Below are positions 55,696 to 64,000 of a stretch of DNA of 64,000 nucleotides, piece after piece. The notes under the pieces are model-generated. The model worked only from the letters and a program-made list of their open reading frames with translations. It ran no database searches and was not told the origin of the DNA. Positions within the stretch are counted from its first letter, which is position 1. Each line of letters opens with the position of its first letter. The translations under genes and the position numbers were made by a program. Source of the stretch: Patescibacteria group bacterium (GTDB lineage: Bacteria; Patescibacteriota; Patescibacteriia; UBA10025; JBIOWE01); assembly GCA_044868145.1 (NCBI GenBank), contig JBIOWE010000004.1, positions 9,395-73,394 on the forward strand, given 5' to 3'.

Positions 55696-56598
55696 TCAAT
55701 TTTCAGCCGTGTTCGTATTCTGATTCGTATTCGTTGATTCTGCTTGATCCTGCGCTTGCTGCATTTGTTCATTAATGCGTTCCTGCAATCTGGTACGCAA
55801 ATCATTATAATGCTGTTCCATCCGTGTTCGCGCTTCCTCAAATTGTTGCTGTCTCTTTTGGACCAGATCAGGGTTGACATCCTGCAATTCCGCCAATTTT
55901 TCTTCCCACTTTGCCTTACGGTCGAACAATCGTTGCTCAGACTCCGCTTCCTTTTCGTCAAGTTTGGCTGACTTCTCGTCCAGTTTTGCCTGAAGACGGG
56001 CCAGACGGTCGTTCAGCTGCTCGTCCGCTTGACTTACCTCGTCTTCAATTTGTTGTTCTACTTCTTCGCGCGTCAATTTACCGTTCTGAAAATGTTCGAT
56101 AAACTTTTCGAGCATTCGTTCGTGATGGGCTTGAACTTTTTCAATTACTTTCGCGATTGAATCCTTTGCCTGGTCGGGAACTTGGTCATAAACACGGTGC
56201 AAAACATCCAGGTGGCGATCCGTAATGTCTTCAAGTTTTTTCGTCAGTGTTGTAATGTCCTGACCATTATTTTCGGCGGCGGTCGCTTGCTCTTGCGCTT
56301 CATTAATATACTGTTCTTCATTCTCTGAAGCTTCATCAGCCTCATCGCCTTTGGTGTCGTTTCCCATTGCCTGCGCTTCAGCAACTTTCTCTTCCGCGTA
56401 TTGAAGCGCCTTCTCGGCTTTTGCTTCTGGGCCGAACGCTAGGAGAAGACCTAGTTTTTCACCCCATCCGTCAAGAAAATACCAAGGGCTGTCTGGTGTC
56501 ATGCCGGGGTTCACCGTATTTGCGTCTTTCGCAAAAGCGGCGGGTGCAATGGCAAGAGCCAGGGCAAAGGAAAGTGCAGCATAGTGCATTTTTTTCAT
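55696..56598 (-). CDS. Secreted coiled-coil protein (DUF5667-like N-terminal domain)
   Basis: Signal peptide ..AAFA, PGMTPDSPWYFLD.WGE..L..AEEK..EA, E/Q/K-rich coil; start moved to MKKMHY. Confidence 0.75.
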   Translation of the reverse strand: MKKMHYAALSFALALAIAPAAFAKDANTVNPGMTPDSPWYFLDGWGEKLGLLLAFGPEAKAEKALQYAEEKVAEAQAMGNDTKGDEADEASENEEQYINEAQEQATAAENNGQDITTLTKKLEDITDRHLDVLHRVYDQVPDQAKDSIAKVIEKVQAHHERMLEKFIEHFQNGKLTREEVEQQIEDEVSQADEQLNDRLARLQAKLDEKSAKLDEKEAESEQRLFDRKAKWEEKLAELQDVNPDLVQKRQQQFEEARTRMEQHYNDLRTRLQERINEQMQQAQDQAESTNTNQNTNTAEN

Positions 56599-56705
56599 AT
56601 TGTTTCCTTGAATCGATATTTTCTTAATATTTAAACAATGTTTCGGCATCTAGTATACCTCAAAATACAGAGTATGTCAATAATAAATATGATATAATAC
56701 AAGCT

Positions 56706-58418
56706 ATGCACAACGCCTTTTCCGAAATCGGTCTGGTGATCGTCTTGGCTGCTCTCCTCGGTATCATTGCGCGAACGCTCAAGCAGCCGACGATCCTCGC
56801 GTATTTCGCCACCGGGATGATTGTTGCTGCCATCGGCGCGATCGACGCGAACAGTAGAGACATTCTCGAAGTAATGGCAACGTTTGGCGTAACGTTCCTT
56901 CTGTTCCTGGTCGGGTTGGAAATGCGGTTCAGCAATTTCAAAGGTATTGGCAAGGCGGCTCTGTTAACTGCGATAGGACAAATCGTTTTTACCGCCCTGA
57001 TCGGATACGGCATTGTCCGCTTGTTCGGTTTTAACCCGCTTACGGGATTCTATATTGCTGTTGCGCTGACGTTCTCGAGTACCATCATTATCGTCAAACT
57101 GCTGTCGGAGAAAAAAGACCTACAGAGCTTATATGGGAGAATCGTGGTTGGATTTTTGATCGTTCAAGATGTCGTGGCAATCATGACGCTCATCATCCTT
57201 GGTTCGTTTCAAGAAGCTGGCGTATCATTTCATCTTGGACTGGTGGGCTTGTCTTTACTAAAAGGGTCAATGATTATCGCCGCAACGCTCTGGCTTGGCC
57301 AAACGGTGCTCCCTTGGCTTTTTGAAAAACTGGCAAAATCTCCCGAGCTGTTGTTTATCACGAGCATTGCGTGGGCATTCGGATTCGCCATGTTTGTGAG
57401 CAGCAAAGCGATCGGCTTTTCGATTGAAATCGGCGGCTTCCTTGCCGGGCTTGCGCTAGCGCATTCCGCAGAAAAGTTCCAAATTGACGCAAAAATCAAA
57501 CCGCTGCGAGATTTCTTCATTGTGATGTTTTTTGTGATTCTCGGATCATCGCTCATTCTCGGCAGCCTCAAAGGAGTTATCGTGCCGGCCATTGTTCTCT
57601 CGTTGTTTGTACTCGTGGGCAACCCGATTATCATGCTTATTATCATGGCGATTCTCGGATTTCGGAAGCGGACGAGCTTCCTGGCGAGTATTGCGACGGC
57701 TCAGATTTCCGAATTCAGCCTCATCTTAGTGGCGCTTGGCTTAAAGCTTGGTCATATAGACGAGCAAGCCGTTTCTCTTGTAACCCTCGTCGGTGTCGTG
57801 ACCTTTTTGATTTCGACCTATATGATTCTGAACAATGAGAAATTATTTAGAATATTCAGTCCCTATTTAAAAATCTTTGAGCGGCCGGCGCCGATGGAAC
57901 AATTGGCTTCGATGCCCGAGAAACAAGGCCATATTATTTTGGCAGGCGCGCATCGGCTCGGCCAGCGCGTGCTTTCCGTTCTGGATAAAGGGCACGTCGT
58001 CGTGGTTGACTTCGATCCGGAGATTGCCCATCAATTGCGCAAACAGAATTACCGGGTGATCTTTGGAGACATCACTGACCTCGAAATACAAGAACACGTG
58101 AATATAGAGAAAGCGCAGGCGGTTATTTCCACTATTCCCAGTCTTGAAGACAACCTGTTGATTCTGGAAAGCATTCAGGAATTGAAAAAACAGGGCAAGG
58201 TCGTCCCCCTCGTCATCGCAGCCGCAACCGAAGAATGGGAAGCAAAAATTCTGTACGAAGAGGGCGCGGACTACGTTATCCTCCCCTATCTCCTCGGCGG
58301 ACAACAACTTGCGTCGCTTATTAAACAAAACGATCTTGATCTCAAAACGTTAAATCAATTACGGAAGCATGATATACAATTTCTTGATCGTTCGGTAAGG
58401 GCTGGGACTGCTTCGTAG
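56706..58418 (+). CDS. CPA2 cation:proton antiporter (Kef-type) with TrkA-N domain
   Basis: LKQP.ILAY, LLFLVGLE, FSSTIIIVKLL, LIVQD, QISEFS, G..RLG..VDFDPE..FGD. Confidence 0.93.
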   Translation: MHNAFSEIGLVIVLAALLGIIARTLKQPTILAYFATGMIVAAIGAIDANSRDILEVMATFGVTFLLFLVGLEMRFSNFKGIGKAALLTAIGQIVFTALIGYGIVRLFGFNPLTGFYIAVALTFSSTIIIVKLLSEKKDLQSLYGRIVVGFLIVQDVVAIMTLIILGSFQEAGVSFHLGLVGLSLLKGSMIIAATLWLGQTVLPWLFEKLAKSPELLFITSIAWAFGFAMFVSSKAIGFSIEIGGFLAGLALAHSAEKFQIDAKIKPLRDFFIVMFFVILGSSLILGSLKGVIVPAIVLSLFVLVGNPIIMLIIMAILGFRKRTSFLASIATAQISEFSLILVALGLKLGHIDEQAVSLVTLVGVVTFLISTYMILNNEKLFRIFSPYLKIFERPAPMEQLASMPEKQGHIILAGAHRLGQRVLSVLDKGHVVVVDFDPEIAHQLRKQNYRVIFGDITDLEIQEHVNIEKAQAVISTIPSLEDNLLILESIQELKKQGKVVPLVIAAATEEWEAKILYEEGADYVILPYLLGGQQLASLIKQNDLDLKTLNQLRKHDIQFLDRSVRAGTAS

Positions 58419-58536
58419 AACTTTGCCTTTAAACGAAAAAGAGAGTGCCATAAATGATTGATTGATAATAATTCCGCCAAAGCCTAAGAATAATAATTTA
58501 AGCTTCTTAATAGTTTCAACTATAATGACAATAGCA

Positions 58537-60969
58537 TTATACTCGCTGTTTCCTTAACCGTAATGCATTCCCAATCACAGAAACAGAACTAAAACTCATG
58601 GCAGCGGCAGCAATCATGGGGCTGAGGAGTAACCCAAACGCAGGGTAGAGAACACCGGCAGCAATAGGCACGCCAATTGTATTGTAAATGAATGCGAAGA
58701 AAAGATTCTGTCGAATATTACGCATCGTTGCCCGACTAAGTTTGATGGCACGAACAATCCCTCGCAGATCGCCTTTCACGAGCGTCACACCTGCGCTTTC
58801 CATGGCTATGTCAGTCCCGGTACCCATGGCAATGCCGACCTGCGCTTGCGCTAATGCTGGCGCATCATTGATGCCATCCCCAGCCATTACAACAATGCGC
58901 CCCTGTGTTTGAAGTCCTTTAATGATGTTTGCTTTTTGATCCGGCAAGACTTCTGCCCGCACCTCATCAATGCCCAATTCCTTGGCTACAGCTTCAGCCG
59001 TAGTCTTGTTGTCGCCAGTCAGCATCACAATTTTAATACCTTCTCGGTGAAGTTGCTGTACTGCTTCTGGAGTAGTTTTCTTGATAGGATCCATGACGCC
59101 AAGAAGTGCAACTATTCTCCCGTTGGCCACAACAAACATGACCGTCTGACCCTTCGCTCGTAATGGGTCTGCCTGGCTTGCTGAAGTATGAGTCCCGAGT
59201 TTCAGGTCACTCAGGAGAGAAGCGTTTCCAAGTGCGACTGATACGCCATCAACCGTGCCAGTTACACCTTTGCCTGTTTTTGACGAAAAGTTCGATGCTG
59301 GTGAGAGCTGGATTTTTCGTTGCAATGCTCCAGCCACAATTGCTGCTGCCAATGGGTGCTCACTTCCGCGTTCAAGGCTAGCTGCAAGCTTCAGGACATT
59401 ATTTTCTTTTATTTCAGCCACTGCGACTACACTGACAAGTTTTGGCTTCCCTTCAGTGAGCGTGCCAGTTTTATCGACCACGAGAGTGTTTACCGTACGA
59501 AGTACCTCAATGGCTTCGGCATCCTTGAATAGGACGCCGATGGTTGCACCTTTTCCAGCCGCAACCATGATTGACATCGGGGTAGCTAATCCCAGCGCAC
59601 ACGGACAAGCAATGATGAGAACGGCCACCGCATTAATAATGCCGTAGGCCATGCGTGGTTCTGGTCCAACAATTGCCCAGACAATAAACGAAGCGAAGGC
59701 AATGACGACAACGGTTGGAACGAAATATCTCGAGACACGATCTGCCAGCTTTTGAATCGGCGCCCGACTGCGTTGTGCCTGCGCGACCATCTGGACGATG
59801 CGTGCCAGCAATGTATCAGTACCCACCTTTTCTGCTTGCATAACCAAGCTAGCGGTTCCATTGATGGTTCCACCAATAACACGGCCATCAACATGTTTCT
59901 CCGAGGGAATCGGTTCTCCGGTGACCATCGATTCATCGACGGCGCTTTGTCCTTCAACGACTTTTCCGTCGACTGGAATCTTTTCACCAGGCCGCACGCG
60001 GAGTCGATCACCAACCTTAACCTGATCAAGCGAAACATCTTCTTCGAGTCCGCTTTGATCAATGCGGCGTGCAGTTTTTGGCGCCAACCCAAGGAGTGAA
60101 CGAATAGCCGAACTCGTTCGGCTTCTGGCGCGAAGCTCAAGTACCTGTCCAAGCAGGACCAGGGTAACGATTACGGCAGCGGCTTCAAAGTAAGTTCCGA
60201 CTCGTCCGTGCGAATCTCGGAAAGTTGTAGGAAAAATATCTGGCACAAAAACAGCTAAAACACTAAAAAGATATGCCACAGACACACCAAGCGCAATAAG
60301 GGTAAACATGTTTGGACTGCGGTTCACCATTGATTGCCAACCTCGTACAAAAAATGGCCAACCGCCCCAGAGGACAACCGGAGTCGCCAGGAGTAACTCC
60401 AACCAGGCCATGAGGTTGGGCGTTATTAACTTTTCAAGTGGCTGCCCCGGAATGAGTCCACTCATGACAATAATGAGAAGCGGAACAGTGAAGGCCACCC
60501 CATACCAAAAGCGACGACTCATGTCGACGAGCTCGGGATTCTCCGGCTCTTCAAGGCTCACGGTGCGTGGCTCGAGCGCCATACCGCAGATCGGGCAAGT
60601 CCCAGGCGCATCGCGTACAATTTCCGGGTGCATGGGGCAAACCCATTCTGTCTTATGCACTGGGGCTACTGGCTCCATTGGTTTCAGTGCCATGCCGCAT
60701 TTCGGACAACTGCCTGGGTCTTGTTGTTTAACTTCTGGATCCATCGGACAAGTATACGCTGCCCCGTTTCCTCCTTGTGCTTCCGACTCTTTTTTTGCTT
60801 CTGATCTAGCGACAGCTCTTTTGAGAAAACGCTCAGGATCAGCGTGAAATCGTTTTAGACAACGCGCGGAACAGAAAAAGTACTGCTGGCGTTTGTATGC
60901 CCATGTATGTTTCGTATCTGATTGGACGGTCATGCCACAGACCGGATCAATGTGAGTCGTCGTGGTCAT
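58537..60969 (-). CDS. copA: Copper-translocating P1B-type ATPase with YHS and heavy-metal-binding domains
   Basis: [72 protein letters not shown]. Confidence 0.96.
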   Translation of the reverse strand: MTTTTHIDPVCGMTVQSDTKHTWAYKRQQYFFCSARCLKRFHADPERFLKRAVARSEAKKESEAQGGNGAAYTCPMDPEVKQQDPGSCPKCGMALKPMEPVAPVHKTEWVCPMHPEIVRDAPGTCPICGMALEPRTVSLEEPENPELVDMSRRFWYGVAFTVPLLIIVMSGLIPGQPLEKLITPNLMAWLELLLATPVVLWGGWPFFVRGWQSMVNRSPNMFTLIALGVSVAYLFSVLAVFVPDIFPTTFRDSHGRVGTYFEAAAVIVTLVLLGQVLELRARSRTSSAIRSLLGLAPKTARRIDQSGLEEDVSLDQVKVGDRLRVRPGEKIPVDGKVVEGQSAVDESMVTGEPIPSEKHVDGRVIGGTINGTASLVMQAEKVGTDTLLARIVQMVAQAQRSRAPIQKLADRVSRYFVPTVVVIAFASFIVWAIVGPEPRMAYGIINAVAVLIIACPCALGLATPMSIMVAAGKGATIGVLFKDAEAIEVLRTVNTLVVDKTGTLTEGKPKLVSVVAVAEIKENNVLKLAASLERGSEHPLAAAIVAGALQRKIQLSPASNFSSKTGKGVTGTVDGVSVALGNASLLSDLKLGTHTSASQADPLRAKGQTVMFVVANGRIVALLGVMDPIKKTTPEAVQQLHREGIKIVMLTGDNKTTAEAVAKELGIDEVRAEVLPDQKANIIKGLQTQGRIVVMAGDGINDAPALAQAQVGIAMGTGTDIAMESAGVTLVKGDLRGIVRAIKLSRATMRNIRQNLFFAFIYNTIGVPIAAGVLYPAFGLLLSPMIAAAAMSFSSVSVIGNALRLRKQRV

Positions 60970-60971
60970 AG

Positions 60972-61529
60972 TTATTCGAATTGCAATTCAATCTTATCTT
61001 TGTCTTGCATCATGTATTGATCAAACTCCGTATTCGGCTGCCCATTGACTGTCATCGTCAATCGCCCGTCAGTTCCGTTACATGAGTCTAATAAACAAGT
61101 AGCTGAAAACTGCTTTCCCCAGGCCTTAAAGAATTGACCTAGTCGGATATCATTTTTCGTTACTCGGCCTTGCATTTCGAGATGGATGGTGGGCAAATCT
61201 TCATGGGTATGGATGGGCCCATGAACAGCGCCCAGGCCGATGTTCTGGGGGATTGTCTCTTCCTTTCCCTTGACGGTAATCGTAAGCTGCGGGTGCCAAT
61301 GCAATCCATTTCTTGATACAATATCCGATTCCGGAGTTGGCGAATGTGAGGCTGCTTGCCAGACGAGCCAACCGATCCCTCCTCCGATCAGTAGAATTAC
61401 CAATGCCCAAAGGCTTACGCGCTTTATTTTCCGACTAGTATTTGTGCGGTTGCGGTCGGCTTCTTTTTCTTGTTTATGCCGGAGCCGGCGTTGGTGCTTG
61501 GTCAGGTGCTCTTCAGGTACTTGATCCAT
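60972..61529 (-). CDS. Membrane-anchored His-motif protein (putative metal-binding)
   Basis: TM helix, [31 protein letters not shown]; inside the copper operon. Confidence 0.75.
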   Translation of the reverse strand: MDQVPEEHLTKHQRRLRHKQEKEADRNRTNTSRKIKRVSLWALVILLIGGGIGWLVWQAASHSPTPESDIVSRNGLHWHPQLTITVKGKEETIPQNIGLGAVHGPIHTHEDLPTIHLEMQGRVTKNDIRLGQFFKAWGKQFSATCLLDSCNGTDGRLTMTVNGQPNTEFDQYMMQDKDKIELQFE

Positions 61530-61540
61530 GATCTAGAATG

Positions 61541-61759
61541 TTAGTTAGTCTCGACCGGCTCAACCGGATACCCTTCGGCATCGAGCACCTCCTTAAGCTT
61601 CATCGGGTTGACCGATTCCTCGTGTTCCACTTTTAATGTCTGTTTCATTGAACTGACCTCGGCCTTTTTCACGCCAGGAGTATTTTCGCAAATTCCTTCC
61701 ATCTCCATGGCGCAGGACAGGCATTCAAGATCGACGATTCGAAATGTGGTTGTGGGCAT
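61541..61759 (-). CDS. HMA-domain copper chaperone (CopZ-like)
   Basis: F.I.DLEC.SC..GVKKAEV..EGY. Confidence 0.85.
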   Translation of the reverse strand: MPTTTFRIVDLECLSCAMEMEGICENTPGVKKAEVSSMKQTLKVEHEESVNPMKLKEVLDAEGYPVEPVETN

Positions 61760-61760
61760 A

Positions 61761-62777
61761 TTACACTGCGTTAATCGTGCCAGAAAACATACCCATGCCG
61801 CAGGTGAATGTATACTTTCCTGGCTGCGGGAAGGTTACGGCAACCGTGGTCGTCGAACGTGATGCGACTTGTTGTTGGATACCTAGTTTCGGGATACGGA
61901 AAATACTGGTACACCCTAACTGACCCTTCGCGACCAGGCTCAATTGGACTTCTTTACCGGTGGGCACGGTAACGGAGTTTGGGGCGTAACCGCTGGTCGA
62001 AACTTCAATCACCGGCCCAGAGTCAGCTGTCTCGGTTGTCCTTGTCGATTCACCTGCACGGCCACCACTCAGAGCCGCACTCCAAGCAGCCTTTTGATTC
62101 TGAAAAGAATACGGGGAGTCAGTAAGGTTCAGGACGCCGTTAAACGTATAGAAACCCAAGGTTATGACAACTGCCGCAGTAACGTACTTCAGTCGCCGTT
62201 GCAGGAGCGTCGAACCTTTAGCGAGAAACCCTACCAAGAAGAACAGTGGCGCTGTGCCAAGAACAAACGCAAACATGATACTAGCGCCTTGCCATGCGCT
62301 ACCAGTGGTTATGGCCGCGACTTCCATCGCCTGGGTCGTACCACAGGGAATAAAAATTGTCAGTAATCCAAGCATGGCTGGAGCGAGTAACGCTTCGCTT
62401 TTGGCGCTCTTGCGCACTAGGCGTCGCAACATCGCCGGAGGAGAGATTTGGAACCAGGGAAGCCATCTTGGCTTCAATAGTCGAATGCCCGTAACAACCA
62501 TGAATAAAGCGGCAAATGACAGTAGCCATATTCTGGCATTAGTGGTCAGTTGGATTTTCTCACCAAGCGACCCAAGGCCAAAACCCAGAAATGAATGAAT
62601 AACTAGCTTGGCGATTAAGAAAGCTGACACCGGCAAAATGAGTCGCTGCCAACCAGACAAGGCCTCATCATCTTTCTGGCGAAGAGCGAGAAGACCAAGT
62701 AATAACCCGCCTTGTACGGCTAGGCATGTAAGTCCACCAGTACTCAGGCCTGTAAGAAATGCGGTGAGTGGATTCAT
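61761..62777 (-). CDS. DsbD_2/TauE-like membrane domain fused to a cupredoxin domain
   Basis: GGLTCLAVQGGLL, FIPCGTTQ, F.LGT.P; C-terminal GY.P..GC..F..PG.Y.FTCGMGM. Confidence 0.88.
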   Translation of the reverse strand: MNPLTAFLTGLSTGGLTCLAVQGGLLLGLLALRQKDDEALSGWQRLILPVSAFLIAKLVIHSFLGFGLGSLGEKIQLTTNARIWLLSFAALFMVVTGIRLLKPRWLPWFQISPPAMLRRLVRKSAKSEALLAPAMLGLLTIFIPCGTTQAMEVAAITTGSAWQGASIMFAFVLGTAPLFFLVGFLAKGSTLLQRRLKYVTAAVVITLGFYTFNGVLNLTDSPYSFQNQKAAWSAALSGGRAGESTRTTETADSGPVIEVSTSGYAPNSVTVPTGKEVQLSLVAKGQLGCTSIFRIPKLGIQQQVASRSTTTVAVTFPQPGKYTFTCGMGMFSGTINAV

Positions 62778-62853
62778 GGTTTAGTAAGCGGTTAGATAAT
62801 GATGCGTTCGTTGACAATTTTAAACAATCCTATAAAAGGTTGATTCGAATAGT

Positions 62854-62997
62854 TTACTTCCCGCCGTACAATTGAGGAATAATGAGAATGGCTCCGAGTA
62901 ATAAGCAGGCCACAATGCTAATTGCTAGCCCGAAAAGAAAGGTCAGTTTTGACGACGCGCCAGCTAGGAGACTTGATGATTTTTTTTGTTGTTCCAT
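62854..62997 (-). CDS. 47-aa single-TM microprotein (not in ORF track)
   Basis: MEQQKKSSSLLAGASSKLTFLFGLAISIVACLLLGAILIIPQLYGGK*; co-oriented within the copper operon. Confidence 0.6.
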   Translation of the reverse strand: MEQQKKSSSLLAGASSKLTFLFGLAISIVACLLLGAILIIPQLYGGK

Positions 62998-63066
62998 CTG
63001 AGAAAAGAAATTAATAATGTAAACAGACCGCTAACCCAAATATAGTGGGAATGAGCGGGAGAAATA

Positions 63067-63468
63067 TTAAACTGAGTACGTTTGCGGCTCTACAACAACG
63101 GCAACATATTGACGTTCAGGAGAGAACTGCCGATACAGGGTATCAAAAAATGCGTGCTGAAATAGTCGCCAGCGTGAGCCAGGCGGAGGACTGAGCGCAG
63201 TTGAAACTGGCTGCGATAGATTCTCCCCGCGACGCGAAAAAGAATGAACGAACAGAAGAGTAAAGAGAAAAAAGCTAACCATGCCAAATAGTTTGCCGTC
63301 GGGAGTAATACCTACAAGGTTTTGGTGCATAGATTGACACGAGGTACTCCCACTCATCATGTTATTACTGCCTACTACCATCGTTGGCACCGCGCTACAC
63401 AAAAAAACACCCGCCAAAACAAAGATAGTCGCTATTTTGAATGTCTTCTTGTGGATATCGTAGGTCAT
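63067..63468 (-). CDS. Hypothetical 2-TM protein with Met/Cys/His-rich loop, first gene of the copper operon
   Basis: ATG 63468 directly after the operator; loop NNMMSGSTSCQSMHQ. Confidence 0.6.
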   Translation of the reverse strand: MTYDIHKKTFKIATIFVLAGVFLCSAVPTMVVGSNNMMSGSTSCQSMHQNLVGITPDGKLFGMVSFFLFTLLFVHSFSRRGENLSQPVSTALSPPPGSRWRLFQHAFFDTLYRQFSPERQYVAVVVEPQTYSV

Positions 63469-63504
63469 TACTACATAGTATAGTAGACTATGAAGAAATG
63501 TCAA
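63469..63504 (-). promoter_or_regulatory. Promoter with BlaI/CopY-type operator, probably giving a leaderless mRNA
   Basis: TTGACA (63504-63499), 16 nt, TATACT, 8 nt, ATG; palindrome TACTAC-ATAGT-ATAGTA at 63469-63485. Confidence 0.75.
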
Positions 63505-63661
63505 AGATTAATCCCAAAGGAAAATTTTGAGAATCGTCTTGTGCCAATATGGATCAAACTGGTATACTGCCTTTGTTTCTCTAAAATTTTTTTAGAGAAA
63601 CACCTCGAAAAAAATTGGCCTGATCTTTGAAATCAACAATCAATAGGAAAGGAGGTTCCGT

Positions 63662-64000
63662 ATGTCACGTACCTTGAAGCCTTTCTCGATTTGGCGATAT
63701 GGCTTTGTGACGATTTGTCTTTATGCAACTCTACTCATACTGTTTATTTTTCTTGTTCCTAACTGGAAGAATCAAATCGCCGCCGGATGGATATCGATCG
63801 CAGGCGTGTTCCTTGCGATGAATCTCTTCAACTGCTTCTTCGAGTGGGGGTTTCATCGCTACGTGCTTCACACGGTTTTCGCTCGATGGTTGCAGATCTT
63901 CGCGGAAAAACACCGCCTCCATCACCGACTGACGCCGGTCAAATACATTCGCGATCCTTCAGGACCGACCCATCTCGTGAAGCATCGATACCCAATCGTC
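63662..64000 (+). CDS. Fatty acid hydroxylase/sterol desaturase family protein, partial (runs off the window)
   Basis: Not in the ORF track. SD AAGGAGG; MSRTLKP.., TM helices, then FEWGFHRYVLH and KHRLHH His boxes. Confidence 0.8.
   Translation, partial: MSRTLKPFSIWRYGFVTICLYATLLILFIFLVPNWKNQIAAGWISIAGVFLAMNLFNCFFEWGFHRYVLHTVFARWLQIFAEKHRLHHRLTPVKYIRDPSGPTHLVKHRYPIV

Noticed and set aside
58420-63520. Copper cluster as a transposon or genomic island
   Set aside because: It has AT-rich flanks, but no integrase, transposase, terminal repeats or att sites are visible.

Overview
This is a 64-kb chromosomal window from a bacterium, inferred to be Patescibacteria/CPR (probably ABY1-type). The inference rests on a giant VirB2-pilin/Ig-domain protein, several membrane-anchored DsbA-like proteins, AMP phosphorylase, class II RNR and SD-poor core genes. 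Gene content in order: nrdJ (partial)-nrdR, ftsZ-ftsA, dgkA-ybeY, two Asn-rich Ca-binding surface proteins, a 2966-aa pilin-Ig giant, yqeY, rpsU, HIT, a degenerate HisRS paralog, lepB, an unusual tRNA locus, GT2, LCP, pth, mfd, dprA-topA, NUDIX, SRPBCC, malQ, an O-antigen-ligase/TPR protein, parAB, three tRNAs, lgt, a DsbA x3/CcdA/M56/BlaI cluster, ferredoxin, SOD, the SUF operon, AMP phosphorylase, nth, ispH, ZIP, Kef, a copper cluster and a partial FA-hydroxylase-family gene. The most striking observation is a nested tRNA locus at 19502-19842 (- strand). An intact tRNA-Val(CAC) sits inside a 13-bp stem inserted in the anticodon loop of a second tRNA. That tRNA in turn follows the anticodon of a third, hairpin-interrupted tRNA-Val 5' half. 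Other highlights are a ~150-nt structured leader with an anti-SD loop, a HisRS pseudo-enzyme, and a shared BlaI/CopY-type operator linking the Dsb and copper operons. There are also REP-like palindromes flanking ispH, MITE-like elements and self-contained orphan gene cassettes. All calls were made by eye from motifs; no database search or folding program was run.
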